In this document: positions 53,437 through 64,000 of the stretch, piece after piece
Position numbering within the stretch: the stretch's first letter is position 1
How the letters are laid out: each line of letters starts with the position of its first letter
Origin: Trichosphaerium sp. ATCC 40318
Taxonomy: Eukaryota > Protista > Tubulinea
DNA length: 64,000 nt
Direction of reading: 5' to 3'
Assembly: GCA_038496445.1 (NCBI GenBank)
Contig: JALMLS010000130.1
Span: 124,001 to 188,000 of the forward strand
The notes under the pieces: model-generated
What the model saw: the letters and a program-made list of their open reading frames with translations, nothing else
What the model was told of the DNA's origin: nothing
Databases searched by the model: none
Translations under genes and position numbers: made by a program

Positions 53437-54371
53437 ATGCGAATAGTAAGACGTTTATATTCACACCAAACGCATTTTGCTAAGAGTGAACCTATACCAA
53501 CGCCAGAAAGTGCGCTTTTCCCTCTTCAAGCCGTTTCATCGATAGGAAGAGGGCTAAATGACAGAGTACGAGCTGCGTTACCAAAAACTCCATAAACTGG
53601 AGCCAAGAGTACGCCAATGGGCGAATATCAAAGCTATGCTCTCAGGGAAAGAAGCTAACAAACCGAATTTGTGTTTTAAATGTTGGCTGCAAAATAATTT
53701 TTGCGATTGTGAGAGCTTTAATCAAAACAAAACTGTCTTAAAAAACAAGCTTAACATTATAATGTTGCTACACAGCAAAGGTACGCGGTTATTTTAAATT
53801 TGTCGCGATTTACGCTTAAACTAATTTAGAATACCTGCGAGCAACGAATACGGGCATTGTGGTTACTAAAGTACTGTCTAAAAACTCTCAGAGCTTCTTG
53901 TACGGAAAAGAGGAGCATGACAAGGAGTTCGAAAAGCTACTTGAACGAGTGGCGCCAAGGACAGTAGTATTGTACCCAGCTTCAAATGCCATAACCGTTT
54001 CAGAGTTTAAATCAAAAATGCGAGACAACGAACAGCAGTTAGGCGTAGACGATCTAAATATACTGGTTCTAGATGGTATGCAAACGTTGTAGCGTATGTT
54101 GTACTCAAAAACTTACATACTTGAAGGAACATGGAATCAGGCGCGTAATATGCAACGCAAGCTCCCTGCAGACATCACGTACCTTAAAATGGACCAACAA
54201 ATGATGAGTGTTAGTCCTATGAGAAAACAGGGTCAACAAGGTCGTATTACAACTGCAGAGGCTGTTTTACTCCTACTACGCGAACTAGGAGAGGGTGATG
54301 CAGTTGAGAAACTTACCAATGTATTAACAGAGAGAATATCAAAAGTACTCGAACAAAGTGGAAAGAAATAG
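53437..54371 (+). CDS. DTW-domain protein (tRNA-uridine aminocarboxypropyltransferase, DTWD2/TapT-like)
   Basis: CFKCWL...CDC, LLHSKE...TNTG, VVLYP, ILVLDG|TWNQARNM, ITTAEAV. Start is 53437 (presequence-like MRIVRRLYS) or 53558. Confidence 0.88.
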
Positions 54372-54593
54372 ACCATACCTACCTATAATAAAACGCAGAG
54401 TCCACTTGTATACAACTGGACGCGTTTTCTCTCCCTCAACACAACTGTAGTGCAAGAAAAGTAAGTTTTTAAAAGAACCCTTTCTTGGTTCGCCTTTGGC
54501 GTACTGTCGTCGCGTTATTAATTATGGAGGTTGTAGACGCGGTAATATGGGAAAGGATGGTAAGTTGTTGAGCACAAAAGAAATCAGTTTTTT

Positions 54594-57180
54594 TTATTTC
54601 AGCGTCTGTGTTGTTGCCTGTGTTTGTGATTGTGTTTGTGACGTATGATCCTTCATCTGGAAGGGGTATATGCTTTTTGGGCGAAAATGTGCTACAACGA
54701 TAATAGTTATCAGTACTATTATAACTGCAGCACCGAGAGTAACACCCCAAATGATAGGCACTGTGTAGTCTCTTTTTTTTTCTGCATCACAACCCACAGG
54801 ATAGAAAACAACTGAAAGTTTGTTGCCTAGATCAACATTAGTATAGTTCTAACTAACACAATACTGTAGCCTTAGTACTACTGTTTTAGTTTTGATAGAG
54901 ATGTACCTTCTACGAGAGCTTCTTGGCACTGACTTTTCTGATTTTTGCTGATACTGAATGTTGGCGTGTTGCACCCCTCTTGCCATGTTATTATTGTCAG
55001 TCTCTCTGGTATATCAACGTTTGGATCAGTTTTTACTATCAAGGCCGTTTCATGTTCACTATTGATACACCCTTTTACTGTAATGTTTGTAGTCCAATCG
55101 ACAATAATTATTGAAGGTAAACTAATATTTCCTATTTTTTTCTTGAGTAAGTTCGACGCATTTGCGTTCTGAACTACACTTACCGTTAATGATAATTCTA
55201 CCAAATAATATAGTATCGTCTATTAGTGTAGTATTGTTTATGATCAATACGCCAGGGAATCCAGGAACATGTATGACTTTATCAGACAAAATACTGTATT
55301 TTGTAGTTGTAGAATAAATAGGAAATATTTCGTTGTTGTGATGTACTAAATCTCTTGCATGAGTATCAGTTAAATGTTCTCTAATTAATCGTGGTTCTTT
55401 CCAAGATTTCCCTAGATCATCAGAGCTTGACAAGAAAAAGTCTCTTATAGAGTCTGAAGTTTTACTAGCGGGAAATTAGTAAACAGAGTCAATAACAAGT
55501 GATCATTTAAGCTCATCGTACTTATGCATAAATAAAAAGATGGTGCCGTTTGAGGTAAGGCATAGTCTGGGATTAAAATATCCTATTTTGGCACTTGTAT
55601 GAGGATGATGAAGAATTCTGACTGCAGATACATTTAACGCAAGATCAACTGTCCACAATCTATTTGAATATTTAAGAACTAAATTTAAATGCTAACTTAC
55701 GCTAGAATAGCTGGCTGTGCTCCTGTTACATATACCGTTATAAACGAGTCTTCACTACCCAAACGTTGAGTGGCAATAGGTTTAGATTGAATTCCGTACT
55801 TAAGCTCCAAAAAGTCAGCAAGCCGAGGTCTAAATTGATTCTCAAACTCCATCAATTCAGGTGTTCCAATGTACGGAACTTCGCTACTGTCCCAAGGTAT
55901 TGAACCAGACGCGACTTGTTTAGTACTAATACGAGGATTCTTAACTCCATCTTTTCTATAAAATCTGACGAACTTTCGACCTATGAGGGATGCAGCATAG
56001 CTTGAAGATGTTAGTATGATACAGAATCCCAGCATGAAGTACCAATTACATTTATTCTCAAATAAGTGTTCTGTGTTGTTACCTGGCTCAACCACTTCCA
56101 TCAATCCATTATTATTTTCATATCGCACAAGAATACTCTCAGGATGGTAGACAATATCGTCTATATTCGCATCCTTACGCTCACCTATGGATTGGTGCTC
56201 CCAATCTATACCATTCCTGGAACTAAGTTGATGTCAGCTGACAACTGTTTTTGTTTATGTACGTTGCTATCTTTGCTTCTCTAGACTTTCCAAAAACGCT
56301 AGTATGGTTCAAGTAGTATGAAGCAACCCACATGGAAGGATCGGATACTAGGTAACTTTCGTTGATGACACTCAGCTTCAATTTATGTACAAGGGAGCCT
56401 TCAATAATCTTTACTCTTGATTCCCTACCAACAAACATTAGTACGGAATCTTCGGAGTTAGAATAAAGATGGAAAGTACTTTTTGAAGGAAACTACGAAC
56501 CAAAAATGTACGTACATACTTGGACTTGAAAAGTACAGCACCTTATTCGTTACATTCCCTTCAACCCATATTACACCGTAAGTATTTTTATTGTTCGCAA
56601 ATTGAGGTTTCAAGTCATCAACAATATAAACAAACTCGTTGTTGTAAGACAACATAGCATTGACATTTAATACAAAAGCTAGTAATACTGATATACATTA
56701 GAACAGAACTGAAATTCAAATTCGCGTTACTGTACGTACTGTATAATACTCCTATTAGCATCCCATATGACATATCACGTGTCGGAGAGTTATCTAAAAT
56801 AGTAGTAAAGAAAAAGTCAAATCGGACACAAAAACTACTTCGGAAACAAATGAGGCAATGTCAGACTAGTTTCGAAAGTACCATATCCAGGTGCGTTGCT
56901 GTTTGGAACTCCTAGCCGCAGTGCTGAAGAGTAATTAATCTCATTTGATGTATTAACAACCCAAAACGCTGGTTGGGCGTCGCAAACGCGTATCCAAGAT
57001 TCTTTACTACAAATCGGTCGCTATTTGTAGTTTTCAACAAGACTTTCACTTCAACTTAAGGAAATTGCCTCTATGATAACATACGCTAACCCATAGTAAT
57101 TATTAAACGCTGTAGCGCTAAATATACATGTCAACAGACCGCAGTCAAGGAGAAATTAATAAAAACACAATAAAACCGCA
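54594..57180 (-). CDS. Single-pass surface protein with an Asp-box (BNR/sialidase-like) propeller and a Cys-containing juxtamembrane module
   Basis: Asp-box LSSSDDLGKSW; TM IIWGVTLGAAVIIVLITIIVV; tail HFRPKSIYPFQMK. The 5' end is uncertain. Confidence 0.6.
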
Positions 57181-57664
57181 TTTTATGTCTTATGCTTTTT
57201 GTGTTGCGCCGGTTTTCGGTTCAATGGGCTAAAGAATAATTATTTTCAACGATCCAAAAAAAAGTCAGAGTCGTGTCAAGTAGGAGTTGACACAATTTTT
57301 TCAGAATACGCGTATAAGACGAATTTATAGATTTTATTCTCACCTGGAGCGCATATTAGCCAGTAAAATAGAAGAATCCCATTCAGTGAAAAATCAAAAT
57401 ACATTAATTTCGCTGTACACTGCCTATTCGCAACACAGGAACTTATTAAGTGAAGAACCGTGGCCCAAGGCAATATAGGAACTGTATTGTGTACCACTAT
57501 TTACAAACGTCACTTTGCACCGTAAACAACAAAAATTCCTTTTCATGAGAAATAGTGGACGAAAAATTCACTGAATAACGCAAGGCTAAAAACCGATAAA
57601 TTTAACTTAACGCTCAAGATCAACATCACCTCCTCGTAATCAAATATACAAAGTTACGAACAGG

Positions 57665-58447
57665 ATGAAACCAATACAAGCAACAACGTTTACAACAACA
57701 ACGACGTTATTTCCTGTCACAGACTTCAAACAACCTACACAAACAACAGAAACGCCAAGAAGAACATTAAAACCATCAAGAAAGGAGCGACGTAGAATTC
57801 AAAGAAAAGAAATTGAAAACGCGATTTCTGATGCAAATGGAGCTCCTGTTTACATTCTATTGTCTCAGTTAAACGCAGTTTGGCAGACACCTTCATCAAA
57901 AAACGTAAACGTAGCTACAAATCTTCATAGAATAATCTTTCACCTTTCTATTCAAAACGCCCAAGATATCGCAAAAAAAGCAACAGAAGAAGTTATAACA
58001 ATACATCCTGACTTTAAACGGGGCATGGGTCAAGGACAAGTTGGTACACAGTTTTGCGATTGCTATCTACGAGCAAGACCGATGAAATCTTCACGTGTGC
58101 AGTTGGTTGAGTTCGCTGAACACAAAGCACAGTTCCAGCAGCAAAAACCGTATATTCAAGTAAAGCCACAAAGAAGACAGTCTGTCCTTACAACAAGCGC
58201 AGAAATGCTCTACGAAGGCGCACAGATATTGGTAAGTCTTCATAACAACAGTGAAGCGATGACATTTCAGGCCGGAGCTAAGAGAAGACTAGAAGTCGCT
58301 GATGAATACAACAAAAAAAAAAAACTCAAGTTGGCTCCATTTAGAGAGTTGATGGAAAGCCTATCTTTAGATAAACCAATACATCAACGTCTATCATCAT
58401 CGGAGACATGTAAAATAAGATTACCTGCTTTGAGGATGAGGCAGTGA
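57665..58447 (+). CDS. Intronless 260-aa hypothetical protein with basic NLS-like clusters
   Basis: Clean 783-nt ORF; RKERRRIQRK and KKKKLK clusters; AATAA-like signal downstream; no family recognised. Confidence 0.6.
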   Translation: MKPIQATTFTTTTTLFPVTDFKQPTQTTETPRRTLKPSRKERRRIQRKEIENAISDANGAPVYILLSQLNAVWQTPSSKNVNVATNLHRIIFHLSIQNAQDIAKKATEEVITIHPDFKRGMGQGQVGTQFCDCYLRARPMKSSRVQLVEFAEHKAQFQQQKPYIQVKPQRRQSVLTTSAEMLYEGAQILVSLHNNSEAMTFQAGAKRRLEVADEYNKKKKLKLAPFRELMESLSLDKPIHQRLSSSETCKIRLPALRMRQ

Positions 58448-58569
58448 AAACATTTTTCGCTAAACAACAAATAATTTGTACAAATTCTGTAAAAAAAAAG
58501 AAAAACTTGTAAAAACAAATCACCAATTAAAACAAAATCCGGCTTTCGCCACCTATCCTTCAAGAGTCA

Positions 58570-58950
58570 GTTATCTATAGAAATTAAAACTTTTTGATTG
58601 ACTGAGATCACCTCACAGATTTTTATCATAAACTCAGTGAGCTGTTTTCGCCTAACATTTAACACAGATGGAAACTCTTTCACCTAAAGCAGTCCTGTAA
58701 GATTTCACGTAACACATTGTAAGAAGTAATATCTTTCAATGAAGGTTTTGTCTTTGTTAAAGTTGAGGTATGAAAGGCCATAGTACAGTCAGCAATTGTT
58801 TGGCACTTTTTTATCCTCATCTGTCCGATTTTTTTGAGTTAGCCTAAATCTTTGATGGCTTTTATATGCATCAAGATGCCCTCATCTGTAATATTATTCA
58901 AGAGCATTTGTATGAGCTCCCGAATGCGCTTTAATATGTTCTTGTACTGA
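58570..58950 (-). pseudogene. Possible decayed leucine-rich-repeat (RNI-like) gene fragment
   Basis: Fragments MLLNNITDEGILMHIKAI and VLNVRRKQLTEFMIKICEVISVN are interrupted by stops. Confidence 0.3.
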
Positions 58951-59367
58951 AGTAAACTTGGTAGTACGTTAACGACAGTTCCAATTTTTGTACTAGACAA
59001 TCAACAACTGTCCTAATTTTAACTATGTTTGTCAAAGAGCACTATCGCGTTTTTTAATAGTTCTTGTGTCTACTGTGAAAAGATAAAACCATCGTACCGG
59101 CAATGTCATGAATGATAGAAACAGCGGTTGACACAACGTTCGAGCTGTTGTTTGTAGGAACTAGTTTCTGTAGCGTATGTACCCATGATATGCAACACTA
59201 GTTATTGTTTTAACAAGTTAAAATGTGCTGTTTATTGCTTGTCGGTTGCGGTGGACTGTTTTTGAACAATAGCTTTTGCCATGTAAAAGCTGGTCCAAAC
59301 TTGAAAAAAATAACTATTTGCTGTTATCGTTGACTTAACCCGGTTTGTAAAAGTACTTCATTACGTA

Positions 59368-61298
59368 ATGGCTGAATTGAAGTATTATGTTGACGATAAA
59401 CAAGAAAAAGGGAATAACGTTACATCTCATTTTATGGAAAAGAAGAAAGAAATATTACAAACCAAAGAAGCTAATAAGTTGTACGTACTTTGATAAAGAA
59501 TAAAATAGCGACGCTCTAGGTTTTATTTCTTAGCCTTTTTTGAACCTTTTTTCTTCTTCTTTGGTTCACATAGTAAGTCACACTCATTTTAGGCAGCGTA
59601 ATAAGGTTAAACTATCAGTAATAGATAGATGTGTACCTTCTATGCATATTATGGCCACGTTTATTTTCAAACAAAAGATAAAGACTGATAAACTTAAAAA
59701 ATCGCTTCTTAAGGTTCTAGCGTACTACCCTGTTCTTTCTGGGAGGTTTTTATTATCACCTGACGGTATGGCAAAGAAATAAAAAACAAAACCCAAACTT
59801 TCTTTTTTGAGTAAGAGAGTTCATCACGTGGTAATTTATTATATAATATAGGCTCTCTTGATGTATTATGTAACGGTAAAGGAGTTATTTTTGTAGAATC
59901 AACAAATACACAGCTAGATTTAGCAGGATTAAATTTGGAAAGTAATGACACTACCAAGAAGTTACCTAATTGCGAAGCACGTGATACAAAAGTCTTTTTT
60001 TCTCCTGATAATCTTTTTTTCGTTTCTTGAATGTAATTTTTCTTCCTAGTACTTCACTACAGCTATGAACGTTGTGATAGATCCAACTGATTTTGAAAAC
60101 CACGAACTCGCTGGTTTTAAGATTACTCAGTGCAAAGACTTTACGATTATTGGTGTTAGCTTCCAAAGACTTATTGCTGATGCAAGTAGTCTTATTTATT
60201 TTATTACTCATTGGTCTTATATGACAAGAGGCAAAAAGTTCAAGCTACCTAACCACAACAGACTTAGTGTTGAACACATTGCTGACAGTACGACACTGGC
60301 TTTTTTTTGGTTGATAAATTCTAATTGAGAAAAAAAAGGAAATCGAAAGGATCCAGCTCGTGCAGGTGTATATTGTTTAACCCCAAAAGAGCTTTTTTTA
60401 TGTGGCAGAATGTTCTGGGAAAGCTTACCTCACGCTATTGAAACATTTGAGTTCACAAAAGAAGTACAACAACAGCGTTATGTAATTTTATCTTGCTAAA
60501 TTGTTTAGGAGCTAGCAAACATGAAACAAAGCTGCACAACCGATGACATGTGGATATCTACAAATGATGCATTAACAGCACTGCTTTCTAAGATACTCAC
60601 ACAAGTACGGAAAGTAGACGTTAACGAAACAGTAAACATTGGTGTAGCTAAAAACATAAGGTACTTTTAATTCCTGCACATCTAATAGTCACTTACATAT
60701 TGAAATTAGGCGGTTGTGTGAGCCACCTTTAGAACAAAATCTTTTCAGCTGCGCTGCTCTTAATGTTTCAATTGAATATAAAGTTAAAGACTTGATAGAA
60801 AAACCTATTGTTGAGGTACAAACACGTGACCCTTGTCAATACAAGAAACCAAACCTGCTTTTTAACATCTCCGCAGATTGCCACATCGATACGTCAGTCC
60901 ATTATAGATTTCGATTCAGATACACTACAACAGCATGTACACATGATTAAAAGTTTTGGGTCTAAAATGTTATCACCAAACCCTCAGATTCAAATTCTTG
61001 GTGATCCGATAGGAGGTGATTTATTTTTTTCAAGTTGGACAAAAGCTCCTTTGTATGATATAGACTTTGGCGCAGGAAAGCCATTATGGTGTGGTCCCCC
61101 TATACCCGAAGAAGGCATTCCAGGATTTGTTGGCTCATTTCCATCTCCATCAGGTGAGTCTACGACTTTTTTTAGTAAATTGTGATGAAGCTGATCTTTT
61201 TTACAGGTGGTGCCTATGTTACGATTCATTTAAGAATGCGTGCAATGGAAACACTGTTAACAAAAAAATGGTTAAGTGAGCTTCATCAATATGCTTAA
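59368..61298 (+). CDS. BAHD/transferase-family acyltransferase-like protein; HxxxD changed to RxxxD
   Basis: LSVID, LKKSLLKVLAYYPVLSGR, CNGKGVIFVE, IIGVSFQRLIADASS, WISTNDALTALL, FSSWTKAPLYDIDFGAGKP. Confidence 0.87.
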
Positions 61299-62120
61299 TC
61301 ACATGGATTGGGCAGTACACCGAATATTAGTTGTATATACATGTCAACACCATTACAATAACAAGCATTGGGCCCATCAGCCCGTAGTAGCGGAGCACAA
61401 ACATTTCTTTTTGGCTACAGTTAATGTAGAAATCCCTTTTATGTATGTCAGATGGTAGTAAACGAGTTCGTTGGTTGCCTTTTACAAAGACATTTAATTA
61501 TATGCTACAATGGTCATGTGCGCATGCGTGGTTTCAATCTACAGTTACAAGCAGTTCTTGCAAATAGCTAAACAGCTAGAAAACAGAACCACGGAACATG
61601 GTAAACGCGAATTGACGTGAGATTACTTAATTGATTTGACAACGAACAGTTGTGCTAGTTTAAATTAGTTGGGTGAACTACAACACTTTTAATATTGCCG
61701 TAATCAAGCTTACCAACCCTTACTCCTAATGAAGTAGCTGAGAGTCCCTCAGTCTGAAATCAAGCACAGAGAATCGAAAGCAGTAGAAGTGGTAACATCT
61801 AAAGGTACTTATTAATACCCATTAGGCAAGACACTATCATATGAGCCATTCGAATGTTAAGTATGGACGTGTACCTATCCACGCACTGATATGGCTCATG
61901 CTCTACAGAATTTCTCAGTCGCTATATTCACGGAATGATAGGTGTACAAAAATAGATTCAAGGCTCGGGTTACCCATAATATTTCTGGGTCGGTTAACCC
62001 GAGACCCAATACATGACCCAATCCAATATTTTGCCATCAAAATTGTAGCAAGCTCCAAATTCACGTGGTTTACTCAAGATCCCTTGGTTTTAAGGTATGC
62101 AACAATTAAAGCGCGAGCTT

Positions 62121-63290
62121 ATGGACAGGGTTGTTTCCACCGGAGAGAGAACAATGGCAACAAAGGTAAAACCTTACATTTGGCATTGTAACCAATACAA
62201 TTTATACCAACGAGCAAGAATCGACTCTGTGTCGCTTGTTACAGCTTCCCTTTGAGCTACAACTTTATGTCATAGATTTTGGCGTTGATATGTACATGTT
62301 GTGGCCTCTGTTATCTAAACAAGCAGCTACGAGCACTCGTTTCAATAAGAATATAGAAAAACACGGCGAGTACAAAATGTGGTATCTTAATGGACACTTG
62401 CGGAAGACATGTATGTATAAGAATGGTATAAAAGCAGGCGAATATAGAGAGTACCAGCATAGAGTTTTGAAAGAAAGGTGCCTGTATAAAGATGGGAAAA
62501 AAGAAGGAAAGTATTCGATTTGGCAGAGAGGAAAGTTACAAGAAGAAGTGTACTACAAAAATGATTTGTGAAGGCATGGCATAAAAATGGTCAATTAAAG
62601 GAGGGTTGTTATTATGTCAAAGGTAAACGAGAAGGAAGCTACAAGGAGTGGCACGAAGATGGTCAATTGAGAATAAAGGCATTTTATTCTGAAGGCATGC
62701 TTGATGGAGCGTACAAGGAGTGGCAAAAAGATGGTCAATTGCGAACAAAGGCATTTTATTCTAACGGCAAGCTTGGTGGAGTGTACAAGGAGTATTTTAA
62801 TGGTACTTTGGTGCATCACCGTAACTACTTAAAAGGTGTCTTCGATGGAGAATATAGATCTTGGTTTAGTAATGGACAATTGTCCAAGAAATGGTCGTTT
62901 AAGAATGGATTGAAAGATGGACAGCAAGAATTTTGGAATAAGTCAGGTGTATTGGTAAAGAAATGTTATTATGTAAATGATAGATTACATGGAGAATTGA
63001 GGCAGTGGCGAGATAATGGACAGATTCATAAAAGTTACTTTTATAAGCACGGTAAAAAGGAAGGAGAGTCTAAGGAGTGGTTTGATAATGGTCAATTAGA
63101 AAAGGAATGCACTACAAGAATGATTTCAAAGAAGGAGAGGAACTTTGTTGGAAGACAAGTGGTGAATTTAGTGTGCGATACTTCTATAGAAGGGGCCGCA
63201 GACAAAGGTTTGGAGGGTCAAGAACTAAATGGTTGTTAAGTAAAGTGTTTGGGAACCCAAGCTTATGAGATTGTACTGAAAAATAGCCAA
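62121..63290 (+). pseudogene. F-box plus MORN-variant repeat gene with two frameshifts (about 62568 and about 63110)
   Basis: LLQLPFELQLYVIDF F-box and many 24-aa YKxGxxxGxYKEWxxxGQL repeats. The repeat register continues in other frames after gatttg|tgaag and after gaatgc|actac. Confidence 0.72.
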
Positions 63291-63335
63291 TAAACCATAG
63301 TGTAGTTTCTTAATATTCACAATATTTCACACTAA

Positions 63336-63492
63336 CCAATACCGTTCAAATAAGGAACTGTAATGGCAAAGTATTAGCACTTTGAAATACCTTGAATGTT
63401 CGTCCATCACACAGGATGGCCTTAAAAATATTTTTGATGAAGCTATACATGCTGTTGTAGCTCCCATAAACAAAACACAAAAATGTGAGTGA
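63336..63492 (+). pseudogene. Rac/Rho-family small GTPase C-terminal fragment (pseudogene)
   Basis: [42 protein letters not shown] compared with Rac [42 protein letters not shown]; in-frame TAA, a frameshift, and no CaaX. Confidence 0.8.
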
Positions 63493-63670
63493 TAGAACAA
63501 ATAACAAAACTCTGGTCCTTCTTCCTTGTGTTGCTCACCTTAACTTGGGCGAGCCAAATAGGCGTTTTGCGAGTAGAATTCTTTGACATCCTAAAGTACT
63601 TATCTGGTTCAGCAAAATGTGAAACAAAGTTGACTTAACCATACTTAGCTAAAACTCTATTTTTGCAGTT

Positions 63671-64000
63671 ATGGACGAATATTTCCCCCTTGAGTTAGTT
63701 TATCATGTATTTACATTTCTAGACGCACCATCCCTTGCGCTTGCTACGTGTGTGAACAATCAATGGTGCCAGTTGGCCAATTCAAACAATATTTGGCGTA
63801 TTATTACGGAGAATCATCAATTTGAAAGCAAGAACGACGTAGAAGGTATAACTTTCGATAATTGGAAGATTGGTTATAAAATACTTTCAGAGCAATGGAC
63901 AATGCCGTAAGCTATCTATTTACGCGTTTATTTGACGTACACTAGCGAAGGAAGGACTCCTGAGATGCCCTTTTGGAATCAAAGCGTAACGTGGCCAAAA
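63671..64000 (+). CDS. F-box protein, partial (runs off the window end)
   Basis: MDEYFPLELVYHVFTFLDAPSLALATCVNNQWCQLANSNNIWR is a canonical F-box; GT-AG intron after W-T-M. Confidence 0.85.

Noticed and set aside
35540-60169. AGA reassigned to His (both lost catalytic histidines are AGA codons)
   Set aside because: AGA encodes conserved Arg elsewhere (cullin MKARK, MBD4 LNRT, ABC YPTR), and conserved His residues use CAT/CAC (ABC IAHRL). The two cases are best read as real substitutions.
39698-63353. TAA read as Gln (in-frame TAA at 39698 and at a Gln position in the Rac fragment)
   Set aside because: TAA is the normal stop of several genes (8902, 9357, 15318, 38384, 42958), long exons lack internal TAA/TAG, and the Rac fragment also has a frameshift.

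Overview
This is AT-rich, gene-dense eukaryotic nuclear DNA with many short spliceosomal introns (mostly about 40-100 nt; donors often GTACG, GTAAG or GTATG). The standard genetic code applies. The gene content suggests an amoeboid protist, possibly Amoebozoa (inference only). Because of the introns the ORF track only catches exon fragments, so gene models were rebuilt by hand and some boundaries are approximate. About 22 genes are present: a DPP8/9-like peptidase (partial), a divergent cullin, a Slo/BK K+ channel, a PH protein, several mucin-stalk or Cys-rich surface proteins, F-box and F-box/MORN genes, a half-size ABCB transporter, a PA-domain multi-TM protein, an MBD4-type glycosylase, an HpcH aldolase, spastizin (ZFYVE26) without a FYVE domain, a DTW protein and a BAHD-fold protein. 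There is also one atypical tRNA-like Pol III gene and several pseudogene fragments. Highlights: (1) an MBD4-type glycosylase with an intact methyl-CpG-binding domain at the C-terminus, the reverse of vertebrate MBD4; (2) a multi-hairpin element with three UAAUUYUGUU loops inside an unusually long spastizin intron; (3) two U12-type introns in one gene and at least 8 probable GC-AG introns; (4) a bacterial-type zincin domain that has lost its zinc ligands, fused to an IPT/TIG domain and a mucin stalk; (5) a BAHD-fold protein lacking its catalytic His.
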